Shown here: piece after piece, positions 37,981 through 49,879 of the stretch
How positions within the stretch are numbered: the stretch's first letter is position 1
Layout: each line of letters starts with the position of its first letter
Assembly: GCA_950097015.1 (NCBI GenBank)
Contig: CATNEN010000038.1
Span: 13,640,001-13,704,000 of the forward strand
Direction: 5' to 3'
Origin: Macrostomum hystrix
Lineage: Eukaryota > Animalia > Platyhelminthes
DNA length: 64,000 nt
The notes under the pieces: model-generated
Told to the model about the DNA's origin: nothing
The model's database searches: none
What the model saw: the letters and a program-made list of their open reading frames with translations, nothing else
Position numbers and translations under genes: made by a program

Positions 37981-40429
37981 TTACAAATCGTGAAATATTT
38001 GCATAGCCATAATTTCGCCTGTGCTCATGGTTTGAGTAGCGATGGAGGCTGTAGCCACATAACCTGATGTGTCATTGGATGCAGCTGCGCATTTGGAACA
38101 CAGCTCTTGAGCGTGCTCCTGCTGCTGCTGCTTCAATCGCCAGTGATTTGCATCTTCTCCCAGTTGCAAATTGTCAATATTGTCAACAATGTCATCTTCA
38201 ATATCAATGGCGTCGTTGTCATCGTTGGTTGAGCTGCCCGACCACACGTTGTCATCATGATCGCGCAGGACTCGGCGTAATTCTGATTCGTCAATGTCGG
38301 ACAAGAACTTGACATCGTCTGCCAGTTCAAGCAGGTCAGCGGCTCCGCTGATGCTGCCAGAACTGCTCCGCTGCTGCTGCTGTGCAGAAAAAATTCTTTC
38401 CATCATCGGCCTGTCAGATTCGCGCCACACCTGAGTGGCTCGCCATTTGGCACGACTGCCCTTTGTGGCCAAGATGGCGTTAAAATACACCGTGTCGTTT
38501 ATCTGAAAGCGGTGAGCAAATATAGCTGCACTACTGCAAGTAGAATCACTAGTAAAGTCAAGCCTATTTCCAGTGATGACAACCTCACCACAAATTTCAA
38601 GACATTGAAATGTGCCAACCTTGAAGTGCTTCTGCAGGTCGTCGACGTGCTTGAAGATTGACCGGTCAAAGAACACGTGCTCGTGTCGGCCCAGATCGAT
38701 GATGCCCCAGAGTCTGGCGCAGTGAAAAACTCGGCCGCGGCGATTTGAGAGAGCGCGAGGCGAAGGCGGCTGCTGCGGCTCAGCGGACTGACTACTCAAT
38801 CGGAAACTGTGTCTCTGCTGCGGCTGCCTTCTGCCGGCGCCGCGAAGCGGACAATTCGAGACCACAGCGTCGGGCCCACTCGATTCCAGGCAGAAAACGC
38901 GAGGCCGTTTTCTTAGAAATTCTTCCAGCTCTAGCTGGGTGCAGCCGATGAAATCGCGCGCCTGTTCAGTTGAATCCCCAGGCCTTGATAAAGGATTTAT
39001 CAAAATTTCTTTGCAGAGATCTTTTACCCCTTCTACCGGAGGAATCGCATATGTCTTTATCAGTTCAGCTAATTTGAGAATCGCAAGTCTTATCTCCACT
39101 GGCCAATCAGAGAATCGCAACTCTTTTTTCTCGCCTCTAGCCAATAGGAGAATCGCAAACGTTTTCCGATTCCACTTAAGTAAATTAGAAAATTTAAATC
39201 AGCGAGGCGAAAGCAAACAAACCTGGACAGCGCGGAAAACAATTGCGCCAGAGTCACTCCGCCGCCGCCTCTCTCCAGCAGCACTCGGCGTAGAAATGCT
39301 ATTGCTTTATACTCATCTCCGGCGCTATTAGAAGTTTCCTCTTCTGGCGCCTCCAAGCAGTCGAAATCGTCTTGAATATCCGGCGTGCCGGGCAGCGACT
39401 GTCTGCTATAAAACTGTCCATCAAACGAATCGTCCACACTACCATTGTAATAAGTGGCCACTTTGGCTAGCAAACTCCGGGGCCTGGCAGTTCTAGCCGA
39501 GTGCGTGTGACGCAGCCGAGCGCTCCGGGACAACAGGCCGAGTCCAGACTGGCCATTGCTGCCAGAGGATGACATTGACATAGCCTGTTGCTGCTGTTTC
39601 TCCTGCTGTCTCGCCGTGGCAGCGAATGTGTCCCTTAGGCCAACAAGTTCGCCTTGGATTTCAAAAACATGCCGATGCCTGGCCAGAAACTTGACAAAGT
39701 CCGCCTGCGGCCCGGCCACAGCTCTGACCTCGGCTGGGGCCTGGCTCAGGTGGCCAGCCAGACTCTTGATGGGCACCCAGCGGTCCTCGCGGCGGCGGCC
39801 AAGGCGCGACTGTCGGAAACAGAGGCGGAGCGCTGCGTTAAAATATTATGTAACCAAATCTCCTTTCTCCCACATGATTTTATCAAATATCAGTTCAAGT
39901 ATTTTAGTATTGTAGCATCTAGTAGAGGGCGGGTCAATCAGAAAATCACCTGAAAGAATCTGACAGCCTCGCTCTCTCTGGCCACCTCCATCATGACGGT
40001 AGCCGAAGAGCTCATAGTTAGTTTATCAATGCCGTTATTACCATCACTGCTGGAGACAAGTGAGTCTCTTCTAACTGACGGCGACTCCGATAGTGGAGGC
40101 GTTGACGCTCCCAAATCAGCACAGTCGAGACTCTCGTCACGTTGACGATGATAATCAGACCCAGCGCCCGATGCTCCAATGCTGCCTACAGCTGAGGCAA
40201 TCTCACCACGTAAGCGAAAAAGTGCTGGATGGCGCAGCAGAAAGGCGCGCAGACCGCCAGCCAAATCGATGGCAGCAGCAGCCTCGGCTCCCCCTGCAGG
40301 CCTGATTCGAAGGCGTTGGGCAAGCACTGACAATAGCAAGCCTGGAGGTGGGGCATTCATCAACAGCTCAAGCAGGTGCAGCATTGCCCTGTGCTGATGC
40401 TGCGAAGAGGCATCAGATAAATCAGACAT
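37981..40429 (-). CDS. Egalitarian-like winged-helix-repeat protein with cold-shock/OB-like domain; complement join(39950..40429,39223..39809,38620..38983,37981..38502), ~650 aa
   Basis: Three Egl-type repeats (GGLRAFLLRHPALF; PIKSLAGHLSQAPAEVRAVAGPQADFVKFLARHRHVF; FIGCTQLELEEFLRKRPRVF), GRVFHCARLWGIIDLGRHEHVFFDRSIF and C-terminal ATQTMSTGEI. GT-AG introns keep frame (1953 nt). Confidence 0.78.
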
Positions 40430-40483
40430 GGTGATGCAGTTGTGGCTAGAAAGATTAGGTAGATAGTGCAGCATTATAAATGC

Positions 40484-40845
40484 ATGGGGGTTGGTGGCAG
40501 AGCAGTTATCGTATTTGCCTTTCACACCACGGTCCCTAAATTTGATTCTGCGGCGAGGCCATATTTATTTGGGGCGCAGCCATGGAGAGAAGGCTTGAGG
40601 GCTTGTTGTGCAATTTATACCTATTAAGGGCCAACCTCCAAGGCCCAGTGAAATGTACACTGCCTGATGATGATAAAGTCAGGGCAGATGTACACACCTG
40701 TTTGAGCGTATGCCTGAGAATAGTATCTGTGTGTGTATGTGCTCATGAGTCAGCAAAATGGGCAGAATTGTCTCCTCACTGGCTACAGGTCTAGTGTGAC
40801 TAAATGATGTGCCATTGCCGACAGCCCTCGTACAATAAAAAAAAA
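40484..40845 (+). mobile_element. SINE family 2 copy (more diverged)
   Basis: Colinear with 10062-10430; A-rich tail. Confidence 0.85.
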
Positions 40846-42661
40846 ATTATAAATGCATTAAAATAGCATAATAAAAGTAACAACAATAACAATGTACAAT
40901 GTGTTGATTATCACAGCCTCAGAATTGGTGTGCCTCAGCTCAAAGCCTGGGCACAAATCTGTGCAAAGCCACTAACAGTGTCTGGCCTTGGGCTCGGGCA
41001 TTGGTTAGTTAGGACAAAATTTATTTATTTAATTTTGCTATAATTTTTTAATATACTATAATTTCTTGACTAAAAAAATAAATGTTTCTTAACTTGCTTA
41101 GGCCTAGCATAGCCTAGTCATATCGACCCAAAACAAGCAAAAACATGCTTTTATTAAAAATTAATTTATTAATTCATTAGCTAAATGTATCAGCCAACAA
41201 TAAAAAGAGCAGCATAATATGACACAGTTATATAATTAAGATTAAGCAAATTTGTTGTAATTGCAATTAACAACTTTTTAACACATGTAGTGGATTTTAC
41301 TCCAATAAATCAAATCGCGTATAAAAAACTCATTGAAATATATACAAATTGCAACAACTTAAAATTGCTAAACTTCCATTATCAATATTAAAAACTGAAG
41401 TTTGTAATCAAAGCACAATGATTTTGTCAGAACACAGTCGCACAATAGTTGCAATATGACATTTGCAGTGGGTAAAATTGAGCTTGGTTTTTTGCAAAAT
41501 CAAAAATGTTTTGAATTGTTCGGTACCAAATACATGCAAGAGAAAAACATTTTCTTGCCTGTGGTCAATATTTTACTACATTTTCAGTTTTTGTGGAAAT
41601 TCGGAGTTTTTAATCCGTACGCAAATACCATCAACGTATTTCCGCGGTCTTTAATTTAATGGTAATTCAATGACCTTTATTGAATTAAAAGCGTATTTGT
41701 TTTGCTGGTCTTTTAGGGTTGTATTATGCAGGTTTATAATTTTCTAACAGTATAAAATACTAATCTGTATCCTGACAACGAGTTGGAAACAATCTGATAC
41801 AGGCTGTCATCACTGAAATGTCTCACAAATTGTCACTGTAGGATTAAAAATATTTGCTTTAGGATGTCTTCTTAAAAACAATGCTTTTAATCTAAATATT
41901 AAAAAATCGACTGCTCTTTTTCATAACCATTTGCTTGTGAATCTTTTTGTTTAAAAGGTTCACATTAAAAATCTCGATTTTCGAAATCTTGTGCTCGTTG
42001 TTTTCGTTTTCGCGCACAGCGTGCACGTTTTGTTAAGTGAGCTAGTTTTCTCGTCTGAAAAAATAATATGAAAATTATAGTTTTTGTGTCATGCTCGTTC
42101 TTAAAATATTAGCATTTATTATGTTTTTCTATGCATTCTTAGTAAACAGCTTCGGCCTATTGTTAAACCATCTGTTGGACTTTGGAGGGCTCTTTCTTAT
42201 TATTTAACTTCAGCAATATTTAACCAGTATAACACTTATAATTTTTTATATATCAGAGTATTTGTTAACTCTATGGTAGCATGTGAGTGTCCGAGCGGTA
42301 AGAGACTTTTTGTGCTTATTAATATGAATAACTCATATGTATATTTTACTTCGCACTGGTTATTTTAGTGACACAAAGTTTTATTAATTTCCAGTCCCAA
42401 TGCAGGGCTACCAATGGATCGGAGGGTATCAGTTACCCACACACTCACTGTGGAATTACTCGTTTCTTCCTCAACCTGTATAGGCTTGTTTATTTAATGC
42501 AATCCCTTTATAGGTGATGCCTTTATCACACCCTTTACAGGCTTATGCACACTCTATTTTGGATCTGACCCTTTTGCTTACTGTTTAACATCAATTCTGT
42601 TGTTTAAGTTTATAGCTTTCCAGCTTTATAAAGAATTAACAAAATTTGGAAACTTTGCCTT

Positions 42662-43395
42662 GACTTACTTGACTTAGCTGCAGGGTGCACCATACCGACG
42701 GACGCAGCGAGGAGGCAGAGGGGACTGCCCATTCTGCTAGCCCCTGGCAAACCAGACGACCTCAAGGAGAGGTGGTGTTTCTCAGGGTGGCCCGTTGGAC
42801 TCGCCTGCAGCGTGGTCCTCCGCACTGTCAGTGGGAAAGACGTTGGCTCGCCCCGTATCCCGGAGGTACCGGGCAAGCTGAGGGATGCTCTCGGGCCTGC
42901 AAACATTGGAGAGAGTTGGGTTTGGCCCAAGGTGTTCAAGCCTTGCCCTGGTGAAAACTGGGCAGTGGCATATAAAGTGTTCGGCGTTTTCACTGCCCGA
43001 GCTACAGAAAGTGCATTTGTCCTCCTGGAGCTGGCCCTGGAGAAAGTGGTGCCGAGAGAAACAACCATGCCCTGAGAGGGCCATGCTGACAGCGCGGAGA
43101 TCTCTGCAGTTCAGCCTTAGGAGGGCTTTGCGCAGGCGGTGAGACGGACATAGTACCGCTGCCCTGGACTGCTTGCAGTTTTGGGTCTTGGTCCATCTGT
43201 CCAGGTGCTGTGCCTCCATCCAGCGTTTCAGCTTGATGTTGGTCATAGTGGCGGGGATAGGAGCGCCAGGTTCTGGCCCAGCCAGTGTGCTGGCTGCTCC
43301 AGCTTTTGCGAGCTGGTCCGCCATCTCATTCCCTAGGAAGCCAGTGTGACCTGGGATCCATTTGAGCTTGACCTCGTTGGCCTATGCCAACTCAA
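42662..43395 (-). mobile_element. 5'-truncated non-LTR retrotransposon (end of RNase H, CCHC finger, 3' UTR)
   Basis: WIPGHTGFLGNEMADQLAK and CTFCSSGSENAEHFICHC; tail gctaagtcaagtaagtc; 12-bp TSD aaactttgcctt at 42650-42661 and 43396-43407. Confidence 0.92.
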
Positions 43396-44050
43396 AAACT
43401 TTGCCTTTTTAGAACTTTCAAGTTTAGAACTTTGAAAAATGTCCATTCGCATGTCCGCAAGTCTGCAAGTTGGGTTTTCTTCTCCCAAAAATGCAAGTAT
43501 ATATACAGTCCATATCGCCTGATATCAATAATAGCCACTTTATGAAGTGAATAAGGATTGCATATTTACAGTGTATTTTTGAACAAAGAAATAAAATAAC
43601 TGGAGGTAAAAGCAAAAAATACAGAGGATACAATTGAACAGCAGCAACTCCTCACACTTTGAGAGGCACTATATAAAACTTCATGTTAAGTACATGCCCA
43701 TAGAATTAGGGGTGAGCACGTGGGCACTACAGGGCAGTCAAAAAACTCTGGCAGGTTGAGGCAACAGTTGTCCATTTCACATGACTACACTTTATGTGAC
43801 CATTGTTTATGTTCTGATTCTAAGGAAATTTGCTTCATTCTACTAGCTAATTTCTTGTTTGCTAATAGTTTCATTAAGAAAACTATTTCATATTAAACCA
43901 AATCCTATAGAGAAATTTGCTCTTAAAATCTAAAACAAATAATTTGCTACCATTTTCAAAATCAATGTGGCAGTAAAATAGTTAAGGATATTTTCATATG
44001 GTCAAGAAAAAAATGTTTGCCTGCTATATAATATTTCAGAGCTTTCTGCC

Positions 44051-47000
44051 ATGTCTAGCCAGCAGCAACTTTCAACAAAAGAGCTTGATGTGATCCAGAA
44101 ACAAATTAACCAACTCTCAGATATTTTTAGAATATTTTCTAACCAAATCTTTAAACCCGCCAGTAAGGAGAAATCTGAAGGCCAAACAAATGTCATGACT
44201 ATTGAGTCCTTTTATGAAATCATGGAACACCAGCTACTGGCAATGAGCTATATTGAGTCTAACAATGCTGCTGAGGATGAAGATGAGGATTCCATTATCT
44301 ATTGTGTGCCTTGTTTTCTAGCCAATAGGAAGGCTCATTCAGTTTCACCAGAGCTTTCAATGGCTGATGCTCAGCGCTTTTTGTAAGTTACAACACATTA
44401 ATTTAGCTTTCATCATGCGCATGCGTTTCAAGTTTAAGTCCAAGTTTAACCTAAATGAAGTGTAGGCTTTAGTGAATAAAATACATAGTTTTTTTTCAGA
44501 ATGTTAAGACTATGGTTTCAGACAGTTTGGTGTTAGCCTAGGGTTTCGGACTCAAGCCTTGAAGGTTTGAGTTCGATATCCGACTCCCTGGAACAATTTG
44601 CATTGTTTAGCAAGACGCTATTCTTTGTGTTGCTTTAGTTCACCCAGCTATTAAATGGGAACCAGCTGGGGTAATTGAACCCTGTTCATGGACTGAACAG
44701 CTGTATGCAGCTTTCAGATGCGCCGCGCAATGGCTGCGGCTGTGCTGTCGGCTGCACATCTGGCCCGATCGGGGCAGGTGTAATCAATTATTATTAATTA
44801 AATTATTAATTAGTGTTTTACCAAAACATTTTTAGTAAAACAAGAGGTGCTATTTAAAATGTACAAACCTTTCTTTCAGGAATGGCACTGCAAGTGGCTC
44901 TCTATCCACCGGCCTACTAATATCTAGCGCCGAACTGGAGTCCCTGCTTGAAGGAGGCGATGCGTTCTCGAATTTTCGCTTCTCTGTTGCCTGTCACCTG
45001 GCTGGTGTTAGTGACAAAGAGCACGCAAAGGTGACGGATAAATACTTGACTAAACAGGCCAGCAAAGCTAGCCTTATGAAGCCTCTGCTGGCGCTGATGC
45101 GAGCCGCTGTGTTTGAGATAAGAAATCCTCATGCCGATTCACCATTCGAAAATCTGGTCCGCTTTCTAGCCGCTTCGAATATTTCTGTTCAGGACATTCA
45201 GTGAGTACCGTGTGTGATTTTATGTGCTATTAGGGCAGCAAATTATAGAAACAATAATGGAAGCCAGTCAGAATTAGAGAAGATGATTGGAGCATTCGTT
45301 CCTAATGCTGGTGCCTATTTAACATCTGGGTGGACTAAAGCAATTCAGAGTTGAGTGTCTTGCTAATGGACACAAATAGTTCCAGTGGAGTCACGAGTCG
45401 AACCCCTGACCTTCACGTCATGAGTCCGACGCTCTAACCGCTAGGCTATAATCCCCTTGTGTAATAGGGCAGGATCAGAACAGAACAGGATCAGAGGAGG
45501 ATGGGAGAATTATATTAGTGAGTTTGAGAACAGGATAGCTATCCTGTAGCTACATGGGAATTGGAGAACAGCTTTGGGGATTAAAGGATTTTAGAACAGG
45601 ATGCAGAACACGATTTGAGAACAGGATAGTGAAATCGATAAAAGTATAGAAGGATTTGAGAACATGATTAGAGATTGATTTAAGAACATGATTTGAGAAC
45701 ATTAACCGTGAATGTTATTTTGTTCAGATTTGTTTCTATTTAATCAGAGCTGCTCTAAACAAAATGGCACACTTCCAGTACGAATTTTCTCGAGCTTTGC
45801 AACCTAATAATAAACAGCCTGCACTCCATGGCCCGCGAATCACTGCGCCAGACGCTGCCTTCAACTGGCTCACCGCCAATGCTCAATTTATCCTGCAGCC
45901 TGCGCAGCAAGTCTGCTCTGCCGGTCATTGTGCTTGTTCGCCGGTGTCCCGTTACTGGGCGGGCCATTTCTACGCCTATCGACCCGGCGAAATTGTCAAA
46001 GAAACAGGAAATAAACAATGAGCAGCTTGCTACTCACCTGCTGGCTAGCCTGACTGGCGCCAATGCTCCACTGGTCCAACTGATCAGCGTAGCGACCGAC
46101 GGCCTATACAAGTCTGCGGATGAATTCGCTGACATGTTTCGCAGCTTGTTGAAGCCATTGTCGGTTAATGCAGCCGACATCTGCATGCCCATTGGTGTGG
46201 ATGCCGCTCACTATATCAACCAGGCTTTGCTGGATGCGCGCAATGGACCAAGCGGTCGATTTCTCAGACGCTTTTTAAGTCGAGCAGCTAAATTTACCCA
46301 CCTGTTTGTGCAAGCGCGCCAGCTAGTGAAGCTGGAAAAGCTGGGTGTTGATGAAGCTGGCATTAGCTGGAGCGCCCTGTCTGACCAGTTTGTTAGTTCT
46401 GTTCTGCACCAGTGCGACATCATTGCTAACTACTTTGGCCAGTTGTTCTTAGCCTACCGTCGGCAGGTCAATTCCAGCGGCTTTGACAGTTGTTGCCTAG
46501 AGGAATGCGAAATGTTTGGCTGTGATTTTGTGCAGGACCTGCTGTGCCTACTGGACCTACTGGAGCCAATCAGAGCTCTCATACTCATAGCCACCGATGC
46601 CCAGCTGCCGCATTGGAAAGTGCTTCAACTATCCGGCAGCGCTGCCGATTACCTGGCTAAGCGGAGTGGCGAATTTCTCTGGGAGCACTATCCGCGCCTG
46701 CTCAAAGCTGGCGACTCTGTTCAGCCAGGCGGTAGCTACAGCTGCGTGCCGCTGCTGCCTGGCTGGGTCAGCGAGCCGGTGAGTCTGCCTGGCTGGGACG
46801 GGCCTGGGCCTGGCCCTGTGGAGATGCGTCTGCGGACCACAGCGGATGTCCAGGCCGATGTGACCCGCTTTGCTGGGGCTCTGCGCGAGAGCCTCTCGCG
46901 GCAGCTGGAGGCCTACTCAGCCGCTGCCACTCCCACCGACGCTGCCGCAGTGATGGACGCTGGCGCGGCCGTCTGCCTGCTGGCCAGTGGGGATGTGGCT

Positions 47001-47922
47001 GCAGAGATCGAAGCCCTGGCTGAGTCGCCAGCTGCTCAGAGGCTGCTCTCAGCTGCTATTAAGCACAGGGGCCTGGCCCACCTGTCCAGCGGGAGCGTCG
47101 CTTCCTACGTCCGCGCGATCCATCACGCGTTCATCGGCGGCCAAGGCAGGGAGGGCTGGACGATTCCGGAAGTGACCGGCCGGATTTCCGCTGTCCTGAC
47201 TGAGCCGCTGCAGCTCGGCTGCGATTTAAAGACGCGCCTGAAAGTCACTACTGAGGCTGGGGAAGTAGTGAGTGTGGTGCTGAACGAGGCGGCCATCTAT
47301 CGCTCAATGTACAATGATCCGAGGGTCTTTGTTGTCGCCGGCCGAGAAGGCTGTCTTCTGCTTGACTTTGCGCTGCATCTTGGAGGCAACCGTAAGACCA
47401 CTCAGTGTGTTTTTTTAATAATTTAAATAACGAAAGCCTTTTTCAGATCCCTACGGAAATCCTTCCAAATTAATCCTCTGTTTATGTCTAAACTTTTTAT
47501 TGATCCCCTGGTTATGAGACACCCTTCTTTTAGTCCCCTGGTTACTACATAAAATACTCAAATGTGACGAGAAAGAATCAAGAATCTGAAACACACCCAA
47601 CCTTTTAGAAGTTTTCGTTGAGACCTACTACTCAACCATGAGTTCCCAGCAGCAGCAGCAGGAGCAGCAGCCAATGCAGTACAGTCACAAACTGGACCTG
47701 GCTGTGCTGAGGTTGCGCACAAAGCTGTGCCTGATGCTACCGCCTGCTGGCTCTTACGCCTACGAAAGTGTGCTCGATGACGCTGCCGAAGTGTTCTTTG
47801 ACAAGACGAAGCGCGAGAAACTGCGCAAGCAGATTGAAGATCTGGAGGCCGACTGGATTGCCAACATCGTCGCTAGAGAAGCACATTGGGGATTCCAGGA
47901 GCTCAGTGACTCGGGGATTTGA
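44051..47922 (+). CDS. hAT-transposase-derived protein, paralogue A; join(44051..44382,44880..45200,45779..47391,47609..47922), 859 aa
   Basis: Three GT-AG introns give an open 2580-nt frame; N-terminal CxxC...H...H; motifs LPSTG, ATDGLY, DAAH, DLLEPI and VETYYSTM. Intron positions match paralogue B. The gene model is firmer than the transposase assignment. Confidence 0.72.
44510..44780 (+). mobile_element. SINE family 1 copy, intron 1 of paralogue A
   Basis: gagttcgatatcc, tttagcaagacgc, cacccagct and the same 3' part as 2152-2445 (gctgcggctgtgctgtcggctgcacatctggccc). Confidence 0.82.
45303..45456 (-). mobile_element. SINE family 1 5' portion, intron 2 of paralogue A
   Basis: Minus strand tagcctagcggttagagcgtcggactcatgac...ggttcgactc...tagcaagacactcaactctg. 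Confidence 0.8.
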
Positions 47923-47956
47923 TGATTCTATAAGTTCAATTAGCTAGGGATTATAA

Positions 47957-48450
47957 GAGCTTAATGACCTGGGGATCTGATGACTCTAGGAGCTCAATGA
48001 CCTGGGGATCTGATGACTGTAGGAGCTCAATGACCTGGGAATCTGATGACTCTAGGAGCTCAATGACCTGGGGATCTGATGACTCTAGGAGCTCAATGAC
48101 CTGGGGATCTGATGACACTAGGAGCTCAATGACCTGGGGATCTGATGACACTAGGAGCTCAATGACCTGGGGATCTGATGACACTAGGAGCTCAATGACC
48201 TGGGGATCTGATGACTCTAGGAGCTCAATGACCTGGGGATCTGATGACACTAGGAGCTCAATGACCTGGGGATCTGATGACTCTAGGAGCTCAATGACCT
48301 GGGGATCTGATGACACTAGGAGCTCAATGACCTGGGGATCTGATGACTCTAGGAGCTCAATGACCTGGGGATCTGATGACACTTGGAGCTCAATGACCTG
48401 GGGATCTGATGACTCTAGGAGCTGAATGACCTGGGGATCTGAGGAGCTTA
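47957..48450. repeat. 33-bp minisatellite (tgacctggggatctgatgacWctaggagctcaa)
   Basis: About 14 copies starting just after the stop of paralogue A. Confidence 0.96.
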
Positions 48451-48935
48451 ATTATTCGATGGAATTTTTCGGCATTTATTTTTAATTCTACTAACTTGTG
48501 AGACCACGTAGTATATTTGAAAGATAGGCTATGTTTTTTCTTGCACCTTTGTTTAGTTTAATTTCTTTGAAACAAAAATAATGGCATTTTTACGGCTGGC
48601 TAATTGCATTAATTAAATCATTTTTAACTATTTTTACAGCTCTCTTTGATATGTAAGACCAGTATGAGTCTCATGCATCGTTTTTGCACACTTCTCTGCT
48701 ATCAATAGTTTGTAAGTTTTATGTACTTTTCGATTTACTTCTAGTTTATTGTTCTCCACTATTAAACATTGTTTTTATCTTCTTCTTTAGCAAACAAGTG
48801 CAGTTTTTTCAAGTGCTCGTATGGTTGTTCGTCATAAATCGGCAATCCGAGGTTTCTTAGAAATACATGAGTTTGTCTTTACTTTGTTGAATCTCCACTT
48901 TTAAAACTACTTTTATATTGGCTAAATTGCGTGGT

Positions 48936-49820
48936 GACTGGCCTTCCCCACATTGCGTCATTGAGTGTCAGACTGGCCTTCCTCACATTGTGTCATTGAG
49001 TGTCAGACTGGCCTTCCTCACATTGCGTCATTGAGTGTCAGACTGGCCTTCCTCACATTGTGTCATTGAGTGTCAGACTGGCCTTCCTCACATTGCGTCA
49101 TTGAGTGTCGGACTGGCCTTCCTCACATTGTGTCATTGAGTGTCGGACTGGCCTTCCTCACATTGCGTCATTGAGTGTCAGACTGGCCTTCCTCACATTG
49201 TGTCATTGAGTGTCAGACTGGCCTTCCTCACATTGCGTCATTGAGTGTCAGACTGGCCTTCCTCACATTGCGTCATTGAGTGTCAGACTGGCCTTCCTCA
49301 CATTGTGTCATTGAGTGTCAGACTGGCCTTCCTCACATTGTGTCATTGAGGGTCAGACTGGCCTTCCTCACATTGTGTCATTGAGTGTCGGACTGGCCTT
49401 CCTCACATTGCGTCATTGAGTGTCAGACTGGCCTTCCTCACATTGCGTCATTGAGGGTCAGACTGGCCTTCCTCACATTGTGTCATTGAGTGTCGGACTG
49501 GCCTTCCTCACATTGCGTCATTGAGTGTCAGACTGGCCTTCCTCACATTGCGTCATTGAGTGTCGGACTGGCCTTCCTCACATTGCGTCATTGAGTGTCA
49601 GACTGGCCTTCCTCACATTGTGTCATTGAGTGTCAGACTGGCCTTCCTCACATTGTGTCATTGAGTGTCAGACTGGCCTTCCTCACATTGTGTCATTGAG
49701 TGTCAGACTGGCCTTCCTCACATTGTGTCATTGAGGGTCAGACTGGCCTTCCTCACATTGTGTCATTGAGTGTCGGACTGGCCTTCCTCACATTGTGTCA
49801 TTGAGTGTCAGACGGGCCTT
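48936..49820. repeat. 35-bp satellite (gactggccttcctcacattgYgtcattgagtgtca)
   Basis: About 25 copies ending ~60 bp before the ATG of paralogue B. Confidence 0.97.
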
Positions 49821-49879
49821 ATTTTTGCTTATCTTATTTCAATTCTTTAAGCTTCAGCTTCACACCATATGAAGCTGAC

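Noticed and set aside
38984-39144. N-terminal part of ORF 37981..39144 and the 38503-38619 segment as coding
   Set aside because: Both lie within GT-AG introns whose removal restores the winged-helix and OB-like motifs.
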